Shown here: positions 37,758-48,062 of the stretch, piece by piece | Position numbering within the stretch: the first letter of the stretch is position 1 | Layout: each line of letters starts with the position of its first letter | DNA from: an uncultured Acidimicrobiaceae bacterium | Lineage (GTDB): Bacteria > Actinomycetota > Acidimicrobiia > Acidimicrobiales > Palsa-688 | DNA: 64,000 nucleotides | NCBI GenBank assembly: GCA_963834725.1 | Contig: CAWICN010000001.1 | Coordinates: 1,038,831 to 1,102,830, forward strand | Direction of reading: 5' to 3' | The notes under the pieces: model-generated | What the model was told of the DNA's origin: nothing | Seen by the model: only the letters and a program-made list of their open reading frames with translations | Database searches by the model: none | Translations under genes and position numbers: made by a program

Positions 37758-38582
37758 TCAGCCTTCTGAGAGCACGCCCGTCGTTAGGGTCACGACGAGG
37801 GGCCTGGTGATGCGGCCACCAAACTCCATCCGGATGAATAACTCCATGTCGTCGAGCAGTCCGATCCGGTCCGCCTCGTTCATCATCTGAGTGCCTGAGT
37901 AAGACAGCATCAGCTTCCGATACTCCGCCGCGCTGTAAGTCTGATCCCAGTCGTACCGGCGGACAGCAACGCGCTCGAAGCGCCCGTCGGCTTTCAGCGC
38001 GGCGCGAATGGCCGGTTCGACCTGATCACGGAGGGGCGCTGGCGGGCCTTTGTGGCCTTCCCCGTAGCGGTCGTAGATCGGCTGAGCCGCGGCAAAGAAC
38101 CCTCCATCCGATGGCGAGGCGACTTGGATGAGATCGACGATTGCGACTACGCCGCCTGGGCGCAGAACAGTTGCGGGCCGATCGGTCTGCGCTGCCGGTG
38201 AGATCCAGTGGTACGCGGTCGCTGAGAACACAGCATCCGCGCTCGCCGTCGGCAGCTGCAGCTTCTCGAAGTCACCGACGCTCACACGAAGACGATCGGT
38301 TGAAAGGTTCGCTCGCAACTTGGCCGCCATCGCCGGGCCGATCTCGATGGCGTGAACGGTCGCTCTGCGGGCCAGAAGGTCTTTCGTGGCCTGACCGGTG
38401 CCGGGACCGACTTCGACGATCTCCGGCTGCGGCGGCAGCGCCTCAAAGAGAGCGTCGAAGAGTTCTGCGGGATAGGAGGGCCGCACCTCGTCGTAGATCT
38501 CAGCGGCCTCGTTAAACGAGAGTCTGATGTCATCCGGGCTGCCCACGATCAGACCAGAGCGTCCCGCTCGGCACGAACCCAT
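37758..38582 (-). CDS. Class I SAM-dependent methyltransferase
   Basis: YDEVRPSYPAELFDAL...IVEVGPGTGQATKDLLARRATVHAIEIGPAM. An alternative GTG start at 38546 would remove the overlap with the upstream gene. Confidence 0.8.
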   Translation of the reverse strand: MGSCRAGRSGLIVGSPDDIRLSFNEAAEIYDEVRPSYPAELFDALFEALPPQPEIVEVGPGTGQATKDLLARRATVHAIEIGPAMAAKLRANLSTDRLRVSVGDFEKLQLPTASADAVFSATAYHWISPAAQTDRPATVLRPGGVVAIVDLIQVASPSDGGFFAAAQPIYDRYGEGHKGPPAPLRDQVEPAIRAALKADGRFERVAVRRYDWDQTYSAAEYRKLMLSYSGTQMMNEADRIGLLDDMELFIRMEFGGRITRPLVVTLTTGVLSEG

Positions 38583-39342
38583 CCCAGTGCCCGCGCCAGC
38601 CGATCACCGAGCCCCGCTTCCCAGTAGGCGATAAACCGCTCTTGGCCAGCTTCCACTCGTGTTCGCACGCCTTCACGCCCACGCTCCAGGTACGCGTCGA
38701 CCAGATCGAGCAGCCGACCAAGGTTCTCCCGGGCCAACGCGTAGCTGTCGGCCATGCCAAGAAGCCGTTCCGACGGCGACCACGATGTCGAGGCGCCGAT
38801 CAGGTCTTCGGGGTCCGCCAGCGGCACCCAATGTTGCGCGGCGATAGCGAGGTCTCGGAGCGGATCGTAAGGGCCGGCGAAGTCGAAATTGATCAGTGCG
38901 ATGGCCCTCTCGCCCGAGAAGACGACGTTGCCGACGACCGGGTCGTTGTGGCAGACCACAGAGGGCACGCAACCAGGCGTGAACCCGCCCTGCCATCGAG
39001 CGTCGGGGGGCGCCACGAAGCCGGACGCGGCTCGGTGGAAGCGCCGCAGCAGGTCCCCGATGCTCGCCACCCGCCCATCGGAGGCGACTGGGAAGCCGCC
39101 GTTGGGCGGTTCCGGCGGCTGGGCACCTCGCCCTCCACAAAAGTGAGAACCTCCCCCGAAGGCGACGCTTCGACGACCCTGGGCGCCCCCTCGAAGCCCT
39201 CCGCCTCGAGGTGGCGAAGGAACGCCTGGACTGCCGGCGAGTGCGGACCGGTTGGCCGCACGACCGTGTTACCCACTCGTCGCAGTCGCCCGAAGTTCCG
39301 ACCTGCTCCTCCGAGCGCGGCCGCTTCTTCAGGCATGGTCAC
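38549..39342 (-). pseudogene. Phosphotransferase (APH/CHK fold), frameshift near 39120
   Basis: The N-lobe is in ORF 38893-39342 (RVGNTVVRPTGPHSPAVQAFLRHLEAEGFEGAPRVV...LTFVEGEVP). The catalytic part is in ORF 38549-39070 (VVCHNDPVVGNVVFSGERAIALINFDFAGP). Confidence 0.7.
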
Positions 39343-39636
39343 ATTCTGCAGGCTGCGTCAAGGCTCTGGCCTACGCGATCCGAAACCCTCTACGGCCGGC
39401 CCTCTCCAGGACCACGAATGGAGGCCGCTCCGGCGGCGCCTTCATGCGCCGCACCCATGGGGACTGGCGACGGCGGAGCCGCTCCGGGCCTTTGGCGGAG
39501 TGCGTCATGGGGTTGCTGCGAGACTCGGCGGCGTGGGGCGATCGAGTTCCGACTGCCTGCTGGTCTCCGACGCTGAAGGTGATCTCATCGACTACGTCTG
39601 GGCCCGCCCTGATCTCGGTCGGCGATAAGGGTCGGT

Positions 39637-40509
39637 TTAACCGTCACTGACACCAAGCGCTGCTCGCAGCTGACGGAGCCACTCGATGCTCATGGCGCGG
39701 CCATTGGGGAGGTCGTCATCGGGCTCGCAGCGCCATGCCGTGACCATCGCGAGCATGAGGATCCAGCACTGTCGGACCAGCGACGGATCGGCGCCGACGT
39801 AATTGGCAGCGACCTCGACGGGCGGCCCGCCGGCGTTGATGGTGGCATGGGCGATGTCGAACTCGACTGGTCCACAGCAACACGTTTCAAGGTCGACGAA
39901 CAGCAGCCCGCTCCGCGTCCTGACCACATTGCCCGGGTGCGGTTCGCCGTGGAGCAACTGCTCGGGCGCCCCTCTGTCGATGATCGCCCGCCTCATTGCC
40001 CTCAACGTTGTCCCCAGCAACAGGCGATCGGCGCCGCCGATGGCAGGGTTGTTGGTGGGGTCATCGATCAGCCGCAGCGCCTGGTCGACTCTGTCGGTGA
40101 AGTGCGGCAGCCAGTCGCCGACCACGTCCGCGTGTCGCAGACCGGCGTGCAACCGCTGAAGCGCTCCCGCGTACTCCTCAGGGCCGATGTCGTTTGGCGG
40201 CTGGGGTTGGTAGTACCTCCACAGGGTGACGGCGAACTCGCCGTGTTCGTAGACGCGCGGCTCGACCCGGGGATCGAGCGTCGCCAGCGGGGCGCCGCTG
40301 TCGGCAAGCCGCCGCGCCAGCTTGACCTCGAACTCGGCGCCGCCCTGCCGCGGCCGGGGCGCCACGCGAGCGAGAACGTCACACGGCCCAAGGAGGACCG
40401 CGAGCCGGCTCGAGTTGCTCAGCACGACGGCGTCATCGACAGGCAGGCCGCACGCTGCGGCCACTACCCGGCACGCGGCCACCGCCAGCGGAAGCTGCGA
40501 CGCGTCCAT
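39637..40509 (-). CDS. Phosphotransferase family protein (APH fold)
   Basis: ATG 40509 lies 5 nt after the upstream stop. Motif: LLHGEPHPGNVVRTRSGLLFVDLETCCCGPVEFDIAH. Confidence 0.8.
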   Translation of the reverse strand: MDASQLPLAVAACRVVAAACGLPVDDAVVLSNSSRLAVLLGPCDVLARVAPRPRQGGAEFEVKLARRLADSGAPLATLDPRVEPRVYEHGEFAVTLWRYYQPQPPNDIGPEEYAGALQRLHAGLRHADVVGDWLPHFTDRVDQALRLIDDPTNNPAIGGADRLLLGTTLRAMRRAIIDRGAPEQLLHGEPHPGNVVRTRSGLLFVDLETCCCGPVEFDIAHATINAGGPPVEVAANYVGADPSLVRQCWILMLAMVTAWRCEPDDDLPNGRAMSIEWLRQLRAALGVSDG

Positions 40510-40514
40510 CCCTC

Positions 40515-41402
40515 TCAGCGGTACGGGGTCAGATCGGCCCCTGGATATCGCATGTGCGTGTCGGCCAAGGTCTGTTCGTCCCAGTACGGGTCGCCGGGGG
40601 CCGGAAAACCGAACAGAGACCGCTCCCGGGGCGACGCACGCTCGATGAGGTCGAACCACTCGGCACGGGTCGCGTACTGCGCCCAGGCGACTCTGCCGGT
40701 CCAGCGCGGTGCCCACACGTCGTAGTTGGCGAGGAGCGCGAAGCGAGCTGATCGCTCGCCGGTCATGCTCGACCCGCGGTGAACGACGTCGCTGCGGAAG
40801 GCGAAAAGCGTCCCTGCCGGGCCGGTCATCGAGACCTCCTCGCCGGCGAACATCCCCAACGGGAGGTACTCGCTCGTGATGTCGTGATCCCCACCGACGG
40901 GCCAGTACGCGACGCTATCGCCGAGCGGCAACGGGACGACCTTGGTCGGGCCATCCTCCTCGGTGACGTCTGACAGGAGGATCCAGCTCAACATCTGCGT
41001 CGCCGGGTCCGACCGCTTCGGGACGACGAGGCTGTGGTTGACGAAGTCGCGGTGGTGGCATTGGTCGTAGTCGACGGCGCCCGCGTACTTCGCCCACAGC
41101 TCCGCCTCATAGAGCCGCAGATCGGCCGACCCAAGGAACCGCTCCGCCAGATCGAGCAGGTCCGGGTGGAAAGCCAGTCGGGTCAGGTCCCACGATCGCC
41201 ACGGCCCGCGGATCAGGCCGGCCCACTGCTCGGCTGCCAGCCACGCCTGAGCGGCCGGGTCGGCGAAATACTCGCCTGGCCGCGGGTAGTGCAGCCACAG
41301 CGCTTCTTGGGCTGCCGTTAGCTCGTCGGACTCAAGGAAGCCTTCGAAGACGAAGTAGCCCTGCTCGCGCAGATCCTCCAAACAACGGTCGGGGACTCTC
41401 AT
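40515..41402 (-). CDS. Phytanoyl-CoA dioxygenase (PhyH) family Fe(II)/2-oxoglutarate oxygenase
   Basis: 295-aa ORF: EDLREQGYFVFEGFLESDEL...HRDFVNHSL...GPAGTLFAFRSDVVHRGSSM. Confidence 0.8.
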   Translation of the reverse strand: MRVPDRCLEDLREQGYFVFEGFLESDELTAAQEALWLHYPRPGEYFADPAAQAWLAAEQWAGLIRGPWRSWDLTRLAFHPDLLDLAERFLGSADLRLYEAELWAKYAGAVDYDQCHHRDFVNHSLVVPKRSDPATQMLSWILLSDVTEEDGPTKVVPLPLGDSVAYWPVGGDHDITSEYLPLGMFAGEEVSMTGPAGTLFAFRSDVVHRGSSMTGERSARFALLANYDVWAPRWTGRVAWAQYATRAEWFDLIERASPRERSLFGFPAPGDPYWDEQTLADTHMRYPGADLTPYR

Positions 41403-41649
41403 CGAGACCGCCAGCCCGACGCCGCGACGACTTCAAGCCGTCGGTCTTGCTGTCCAGTCCCGCGGAAGTCTTGCGGCGATGACGCTCGGACGAGGACGCG
41501 GGGACGGCAAACCTCGGCACGGAAAACGAAGATGAATGATGACACGGCGAAAGAAACTCCTCATGGTCGACGGAGGAGCGTGCCGCGCATCGTTCGAGCG
41601 GCACGCGATGACAGGTCAAAGACCTACGCGTCAGCGCGTGCCCTAGCAG

Positions 41650-42075
41650 CCGGGTTGCACGAGCCGGACTCTAACAGCTCAGGTGGCGAGCCCGATTCGA
41701 GAATGGTTCCACACGACGAACCCTCGGCAACTGGCGCGCGGTCGATCATGCTGAACGAGTGTTGGTACGGCAGCGGCTCCGAGTCGGACACCGAAACGCT
41801 GGTCCGTCTGGCCGCTAAGGCGGGATCGGCGAGATCGGCGAGATCGGATTCAACCGGCTCCCCCCATGCCGCCGCCGCGAATGGCCCGCACGGCCTCCTT
41901 CGCCTGCCGGGCCCCGTTGGGCGGCATAAGCCTCGGGGAGCAGCCGGGTCAGGATCGTCGTTCAGCTGTAGATACGCGACGAGGACACTCGCGCGGTGGG
42001 CCGCGAGCGGCCTGGCGGTGCAGGCGCCGATGCCGCGGTTGTCACCCGGTGAACGCGGTAAGCCGGCGAGCCGGG
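41650..42075 (-). pseudogene. Degraded paralogue of the 35973-36801 SDR
   Basis: Minus-strand translation gives PGDNRGIGACTARPLAAHRASVLVAYLQLNDDPDPAAP..., compared with TGGNHGIGASTAELLAAQGAKVLLTYLRLDDDPDPAVP in the paralogue. Then EAYAAQR / RQAKEAVRAIRGGG / VESDLADLADP / DQRFG appear in shifting frames. It includes a 9-bp tandem duplication. Confidence 0.45.
41823..41848. repeat. Tandem 9-bp repeat GATCGGCGA x ~2.8
   Basis: GGATCGGCGAGATCGGCGAGATCGGAT. On the minus strand it encodes DLADLADP, where the intact paralogue has DLADP. Confidence 0.7.
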
Positions 42076-42191
42076 CCGGGCATGCGCCGGGAACCTCCTA
42101 GTCCGGTGATTGATGCGAGTGCGACCGGCCTTCGTGCAGGGGTCTGTGCGGCATGCCAGAACCGGGCGGGCGACCAGCAGGGAACCCGCAG

Positions 42192-43154
42192 TTAGCCCAG
42201 GCGTCGTAGCGCTGTCTCGATAACGACTTCAACCCGGGCGGTCATGCCGGCCAGATCCACGGGACGGCGGCCAGCGACCTGACCACGGATCCACTTCGGC
42301 TGGCTATCGTCATAGTGCAGCAGGGCATACAGGTCCCACCACGGATCGAGAACCACCCCGGCGATCGACTCATAGAGCGACCGAAGCTGCTCCGACCACT
42401 CGGGCGAGTAGAGCGCCGCCAAGTATCGCCGACAGTGCCCGATGTCAATCGCACGCGCCCCTCGATGGATGCCGTTCCAGTCGGTCAATCCGGTGATCCT
42501 CCCGCGCGACCACAGGATGTTGACAGGCAGGAGATCGCAGTGCAGAAAGACAGCAGTGTCCTTTGGCGGCGGCTCGGCCATGACACCGAACGCTGCCTTC
42601 CACACAGCCGGGTTCGGTGCGTCGACCGGTACCTGAAACTCGTCTAGAGGCGCGATCCAAGAATCCGTCCAGGGTCTGAAGGTCTTCGCGGGGAGGTCGA
42701 GGGAATGCAGCAAGACAGCAAGCTCCGCGATCCTCGCCATCCACGATCGAGGTTCCGAAGGATTGAGGTGAACATGCCCGGGCAACCGTGTCATCAGCAA
42801 CGATGGCGCGCCCCCCGTCGAAGCACCAGCAACGTCAGTAGCCAGGATGCTCGGGACCGGGAGCCCGCTGCCCGCCACTACACCAAGGTTGGCGATCTCC
42901 TTCTCCAAGCTCGCCTCCAGGCCAAGCCCGCCCGGGTACTGCCGCAGTACGACGAACCTTCGCACCCCACGTCGCTCGACAGTCAGGCGATTCACGGCGG
43001 AGCAGACGCCACCGGTCAATCGGCGATAGCCAACGATGCGACTGCCCCGACCCATCGACGCCGCAACCCAGGCGAGAGTCTCCGGGGAGGGCCGACGCTG
43101 CCGGAACCCGTTATCCCTCCAGTCGCCGTCGGTCATGAGCGCGAGCCTATTCAT
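42192..43154 (-). CDS. Aminoglycoside phosphotransferase family protein
   Basis: 320-aa ORF: VFLHCDLLPVNILWSRGRITGLTDWNGIHRGARAIDIGH. Confidence 0.8.
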   Translation of the reverse strand: MNRLALMTDGDWRDNGFRQRRPSPETLAWVAASMGRGSRIVGYRRLTGGVCSAVNRLTVERRGVRRFVVLRQYPGGLGLEASLEKEIANLGVVAGSGLPVPSILATDVAGASTGGAPSLLMTRLPGHVHLNPSEPRSWMARIAELAVLLHSLDLPAKTFRPWTDSWIAPLDEFQVPVDAPNPAVWKAAFGVMAEPPPKDTAVFLHCDLLPVNILWSRGRITGLTDWNGIHRGARAIDIGHCRRYLAALYSPEWSEQLRSLYESIAGVVLDPWWDLYALLHYDDSQPKWIRGQVAGRRPVDLAGMTARVEVVIETALRRLG

Positions 43155-43302
43155 CGGGGCCTGCGGCGATAGGGGGGTTTGCTAACCCGCCAGAGGCAGT
43201 GCCCCGGCTGCTGAATGGCCGTCACCGTCTGGAACGGATCGCGGAAGCGGTATCCGTGTCCTGCGAGGGCGAGTCCAGGCTGATGGTGCAAAGCTCAGGT
43301 AT

Positions 43303-44033
43303 ATGGACGTGAGCCACGCTAACGCCGGCACGGTCGACGCCTACAGCAGGCTGACTAGCGAGTTCTATGACGCCATCAGCTCGGAGGGCGACTTCGGCCG
43401 CCGGGTCTTGCTCAACCCGACGATTTCCGCCTCCTCGGGGTCGTTAGCGGTCAGCAGATCCTCGACGCCGGCTGCGGGCACGGCTACCTCAGCCGCCTGC
43501 TTGCGGAAAGAGGGGCCTCGGTCGTGGGAGTCGAGTCTGCCTCGGTGCCGTTGTCTTACGCGGAGCGACGCGAAGCCGAACACCCGCAGGGGATCAGGTA
43601 CTACCAGCGGGATCTGTCCATGATGGGTGAGGTCGGCGGTCCGTTCGACGCCGTGATCGCAAACATGGTCTTCCTCGACATCCCGGACTGGAAACCGGCG
43701 ATGGCGAACTACATCACGTCGCTGAAGTCCGGAGGCATGCTCGTCTACTCGTTCCATCATCCCGTCTGGATCCCGGGCCAGTTAGGCGAATGGGCGCAGC
43801 GCAGTGGTGTCGAGATCAAGGATTATCTAAACGAGCACGAGCAACCCGGCGGGCACGCATCCAACTTCCACCGGCCGCTCTCTGCGTACATCAGTGAGAC
43901 GATCCGATCCGGTTGCACCATCGTCGAGCTCGTCGAACCGCAGCTACGAGCGGACCAGGTAGAAGCGCCAGAGCAAGAGATCCTCACGCGCATCCCCAAC
44001 TACATCGTCGTCGCTGCACGTCGAATCGGGTGA
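43303..44033 (+). pseudogene. Class I SAM-dependent methyltransferase, frameshift near 43425
   Basis: The N-terminus is in ORF 43303-43623 (...FGRRVLLNPTI). Motif I (QQILDAGCGHGYLSRLLAERGASVVGVE) and the rest are in the frame of ORF 43524-44033. Confidence 0.75.
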
Positions 44034-44102
44034 TCGCCGCACCCCGGCCGCGAAGGGGCGCGTTGCTCCCGGAACACCCGTCAGCGTGAGAACCTGGTTG
44101 GA

Positions 44103-45053
44103 GTGACAGCAGGGGCTCCGATGCGCGGGCGACGGGTGGCGGTCGAGATGGCCGATGTGGACCGCTGGTGCCAGCGCCACCTGGGATCAGCCGTTGCCGA
44201 GATCGTCTTCCGGGACGGCTACCTCTCCACCGTGCTAGGGGTCCGGCTGGACTCCGGACGTGCGGTGGTGGTCAAGATCCGCCAGCCCGCTCACCGGCTA
44301 GCCGCGTGCGTGAGGGTCCACAGGACGCTGTTCGAGAGCAACTTCGCCTGCCCCGAGCCCCTGGTGGACCTCGAGCCGCTCGGTCCGTGGGTGGCCAGCG
44401 CCGAGGCGATGGTCACCGGGGGTGACCCTTTTCCATCCTCGGGGCGCTCCCCGGTGCCCTTCGGTCGGGCCTTGGCGCGCCTCGTCGCTCTGATGCCCGA
44501 CCCTGCCGGCCTCCCGAGCCTGGATCCCCCTTTGCCCTGGACCGGGCCAGACCGAAACCAGGAGCACCCATGGCCGTGGCCCGACGATCGTGACATCGAC
44601 CTCAATGCCGTCTCGGGTCCCGCCTGGATCGACGAGGCCGGGCGAGCGGCCAGGCTTCGCCTTGAGGCCGCCCGGGACCGGCCAGTCCTCGGGCACGGCG
44701 ATTGGTACACGGCGAACCTCCGGTGGTCAGGTGACGAGCTGTTGGCCGTATGGGACTGGGACAGCGTCATCGCCGCTCCCGAGCCCGTGGTCGCCGGATT
44801 GGCAGCGGCTCTCTATCCGGCCATACGGAGTGGAACCGAAGCGACCATCGAGGAGAGCGAGGCCTTCCTCGACGCTTACGGCACCGAGCGGGGCCGGTCC
44901 TTCAGCTCCGACGAAGTTGAGCTGGCCTGGGCGGCGGGCATGTGGAACCGGAGCTTCGACGCCAAGAAGCAGTTCGTGACCGAGGGGCTGCCCCGTTCGC
45001 TGACCGAAGAGGAGGCAGCCGAGCGACGACAACGGGCGGGCGCGGGCAGGTGA
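44103..45053 (+). CDS. Phosphotransferase family protein (APH fold)
   Basis: 316-aa ORF: VLGHGDWYTANLRWSGDELLAVWDWDSVI. Confidence 0.75.
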   Translation: MTAGAPMRGRRVAVEMADVDRWCQRHLGSAVAEIVFRDGYLSTVLGVRLDSGRAVVVKIRQPAHRLAACVRVHRTLFESNFACPEPLVDLEPLGPWVASAEAMVTGGDPFPSSGRSPVPFGRALARLVALMPDPAGLPSLDPPLPWTGPDRNQEHPWPWPDDRDIDLNAVSGPAWIDEAGRAARLRLEAARDRPVLGHGDWYTANLRWSGDELLAVWDWDSVIAAPEPVVAGLAAALYPAIRSGTEATIEESEAFLDAYGTERGRSFSSDEVELAWAAGMWNRSFDAKKQFVTEGLPRSLTEEEAAERRQRAGAGR

Positions 45054-45628
45054 GTCCGCCCACCAGTGTGTTGAATCGCACCTTCCCTGCGCGATCACTC
45101 CGCACGCGTAACCGAACGCCGGCCCAGCCCGGCGGGGTCAATTGATCAGCCAAGTGGTTGGCGTTCGCCGGCGGCATCGCCGTTGCGGCGTCGCTTCGAC
45201 GCCCTTGGATCCCAATCCGGTACGACGAACGAGCCCGTGACCAGCAGCTTCGCGCCTGTCCCGAGTTGGCCTTGTATGGAGGCTCCTGCCTCGACACTCG
45301 ACGAGGTTTGGGGGCGTGGCCCGCACGGTCGTTGACCTGGCCTTTTATCTTTCCGAGTCGCACCCGCCAACCTCGTTTTGAATGCTTCGTCGACCTACTC
45401 GGCATCCCCAACGACGACACGCCACCGTTCGGCTTCGCGCAGCGGGCGACGAGTAGCGACTCGCCCACTGGTGCGGGGCCATGCGCACAGCCATGTTGCG
45501 CTAACGAGTCCGACCGACAGCCCGTCACGATCGTCCCATGTCTGGCGCATGCCCGAAGCGGCCTGCAGCAACTGCCACGCCGTTGTGCGCCAGCACCTCC
45601 TAGCCTAGCCGTGTGCCAACAACGACGT

Positions 45629-45895
45629 ATGACTGCCTCCGGTCGCATCGAGCTTCGCGAACCCGCCGCCCAGTTCGTCGGCCCGGCCAGCCAACTAGAA
45701 CGCCACGCCCAAGCCTTGGACAGCCGCTGGCATCAATATCTTCACCGCCTCTGCGAAGTCACAGGCCGCCCTTTCGAGCATCTCGAAGCCGACCACCGAG
45801 CCGGACGATTCTTGGACCCCGACCAGGCGATGGCCTACGGCCTCATCGACGACATCATCCAGCCTTCACCCCGACCAGGCCCACACGAGCCTTAG
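45629..45895 (+). pseudogene. ClpP protease C-terminal remnant
   Basis: Tail of ORF 45158-45895: GRIELREPAAQFVGPASQLERHAQALDSRWHQYLHRLCEVTGRPFEHLEADHRAGRFLDPDQAMAYGLIDDII matches the last ~85 aa of ClpP. No N-terminal part is present. Confidence 0.55.
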
Positions 45896-45911
45896 TGGTC
45901 CACCGCGGAAC

Positions 45912-47228
45912 TATATTGATGTGATTTGATGGCTGTCGCGGCGAGGGGGTGGGGGCGGCGTTGCGTTCACTTCGTGTGGAGGGACGCTGTGGCTCGTGGC
46001 AGTGTGAGTCCGTTCGAGATCGTCTTAACCGCTGCCGAGCGTCACGAGTTGGAGAAACGAGCGGGGGCCTATACGGATCCGTATTGGCGAGTGGTTAGAG
46101 CCAAGATCGTTCTGTTGGCCGCCGAGGGCTGGGCGAACGTGGAGATCGCAGCACGGCTGGATACCAGCCCGCAGGTGGTTCACCGCTGGCGCAAGCGGTT
46201 CCTCGAAGAGCGGTTGAAAGGACTCCAGGACCGTCATCGTTGCGGCCGGCCCCGGGTGTTTTCCCCCCTCGGTGAACGCCGAGATCAAGATGTTGGCCTG
46301 CGAGCTGCCGGCCACTACCGGGGTGCCGCTGTCGCGCTGGAGCTGCGCCGAGCTGGCCCAGGAACTGATCATCCGAGGTGTGGTGGCGTTCATCTCGGCC
46401 GCCACGGTATGGAGGACGCTGCGATCTGACGCCATCCGCCCGTGGCAGTACCGGTCGTGGATCTTCCCCCGAGCGGCGGACTTCGCGGCCAAGGCGGCGG
46501 TGGTGTTGGACCTGTACTCCCGGATCTTCGAGGGAAAAGCGTTGACCAAGCGGGAGTATGTGATCAGCTCGGACGAGAAGACCAGCATCCAAGCCCGCTG
46601 CCGCTGCCATCCCAGCTTGCCGCCCGGGCGGGCCAGACTGATGCGGGTCGAGCACGAGTACGACCGGGGCGGGGCGCTGGCCTACCTGGCCGCCTACGAC
46701 GTGCACCAAGCCCGCCTCTTCGGACGGACAGCGCCGAGCACCGGGATCGAACCGTTCGACCGGCTGGTCGAAGATGTCATGACCGTCGAGCCGTACGCGT
46801 CGGCCAAGCGGGTGTTCTGGATCGTCGACAACGGCAGCAGCCACCGCGGGCAGGCATCGGTCGACCGGCTCGAGGGCGCCTGGCCCAACCTGCGACTGAT
46901 CCACCTGCCGATACACGCCTCGTGGCTCAACCAAAATCGAGATCGTCTTTTCCATCATCCAGCGCAAAGTCGTCACTCCCAACGACTTCTCCGACGTGAA
47001 CCAGATCGCCGCCCGCCTGGCCAACTTCGAGGACCGCTACAACCAGAGCGCCCAAGCTTTCGATTGGACCTTCACCCGAGACGACCTCAACGAGTTCCTC
47101 GAGCGCATCGCCGCCCACGACCCGGTTGCCCCGGCGCCGCGGGCCGCCGCCTGAGTTGTTACAGCCGGGCGATCCAAGCCGAGGGATCACCCAGATACAG
47201 CCCACAAGCGCAATCCAAAGCTTCCTCC
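45912..47228 (+). mobile_element. Second IS630-family element (approximate limits)
   Basis: The transposase ORFs are bracketed by imperfect IR-like ends (TTGATGTGATTTGATGGCTGTCGCGG versus the reverse complement of CCAGATACAGCCCACAAGCGCAATCCAA). The exact termini and TA duplication were not resolved. Confidence 0.45.
45926..47154 (+). pseudogene. IS630-family transposase with two homopolymer frameshifts
   Basis: The HTH part is in ORF 45926-46429. The DDE part is in ORF 46272-47261 (ISSDEKTSIQA...VFWIVDNGSSHRG...HASWLNQ). The tail (IEIVFSIIQRKVVTPNDF...) is in a third frame, ending at TGA 47152-47154. The shifts fall at C6 46263-46268 and A4 46933-46936. Confidence 0.8.
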
Positions 47229-47273
47229 GGGCTGCCCCATCACCCCGGTCGGCAGGAATGACGCCTCGTAATC

Positions 47274-47954
47274 GTGCTGTTCAATGAACTCGACCCGGTA
47301 TCCGGCTACGCCGCGTGGTCCAACAGCTACGACGGGATGCGGAACTTCGTCATCGACGTCGAGGAGCCGGTAATGCGGCAACTGCTGGCAGGCGTCGCCG
47401 GCGCCAGTGTCGTGGATGCAGCGTGCGGAACCGGGCGTCACCTCGCCCATCTGATTGCGGAGGGCAACGTCGGCGTCGGCGTAGACCAGTCCATTCCCAT
47501 GCTCGAAGCCGCCCGCCAGAAGATCCCCAACGCCGATCTGCGCGTGGGTCAGCTCAACGCGTTGCCAGTCGAGGACGCTTGGGCCGATTTGGTGATCTGC
47601 TCGCTGGCCCTCACGCATGTTGTTGCTCTGGAAGTAGCAGCATGTGAGTTGGCTCGGGTCGTCCGACCCGGCGGGCGCATCGTGATCTCCGACGTGCACC
47701 CGTTCTTCACGGCGCTGGGCTTTCACGCCTTCTTCGGAGAGGGCCGCTTCGTGCGTAACTACCACCACCCCCACGGTGATTACCTCGACGCCTTCGCAGC
47801 CGCCGGGTTATCGGTCCTTCGTTGTATCGAGCCGAGATGGACTCCCGAGGCTGTGGCTGACCAGCGATTCGTCGCGGCGGTCCCCGAGGCTGGACGACAA
47901 GCCCTCGTCGGACTTCCTCTCATACTCATCTGGGCCCTCGAACGTCCACTCTGA
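47274..47954 (+). CDS. Class I SAM-dependent methyltransferase
   Basis: 226-aa ORF: VVDAACGTGRHLAHLIAEGNVGVGVDQSIPMLEAAR...RPGGRIVISDVHP. Confidence 0.8.
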   Translation: MLFNELDPVSGYAAWSNSYDGMRNFVIDVEEPVMRQLLAGVAGASVVDAACGTGRHLAHLIAEGNVGVGVDQSIPMLEAARQKIPNADLRVGQLNALPVEDAWADLVICSLALTHVVALEVAACELARVVRPGGRIVISDVHPFFTALGFHAFFGEGRFVRNYHHPHGDYLDAFAAAGLSVLRCIEPRWTPEAVADQRFVAAVPEAGRQALVGLPLILIWALERPL

Positions 47955-48062
47955 ACAGGCCAGCAACGGGATCCATGTTGTGGGATGAACTCACACGGAA
48001 CCGGAATCGATCCGGAATTGCGGAACGAACGGCGCATCGAGTTCTGTGATCCCACTGAGCCT

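Noticed and set aside
41532-42101. 189-aa + strand ORF in the gap between the PhyH and kinase genes
   Set aside because: It has no recognisable motifs. The opposite strand carries clear, though frame-broken, similarity to the SDR at 35973-36801, which explains the open frame as a shadow.
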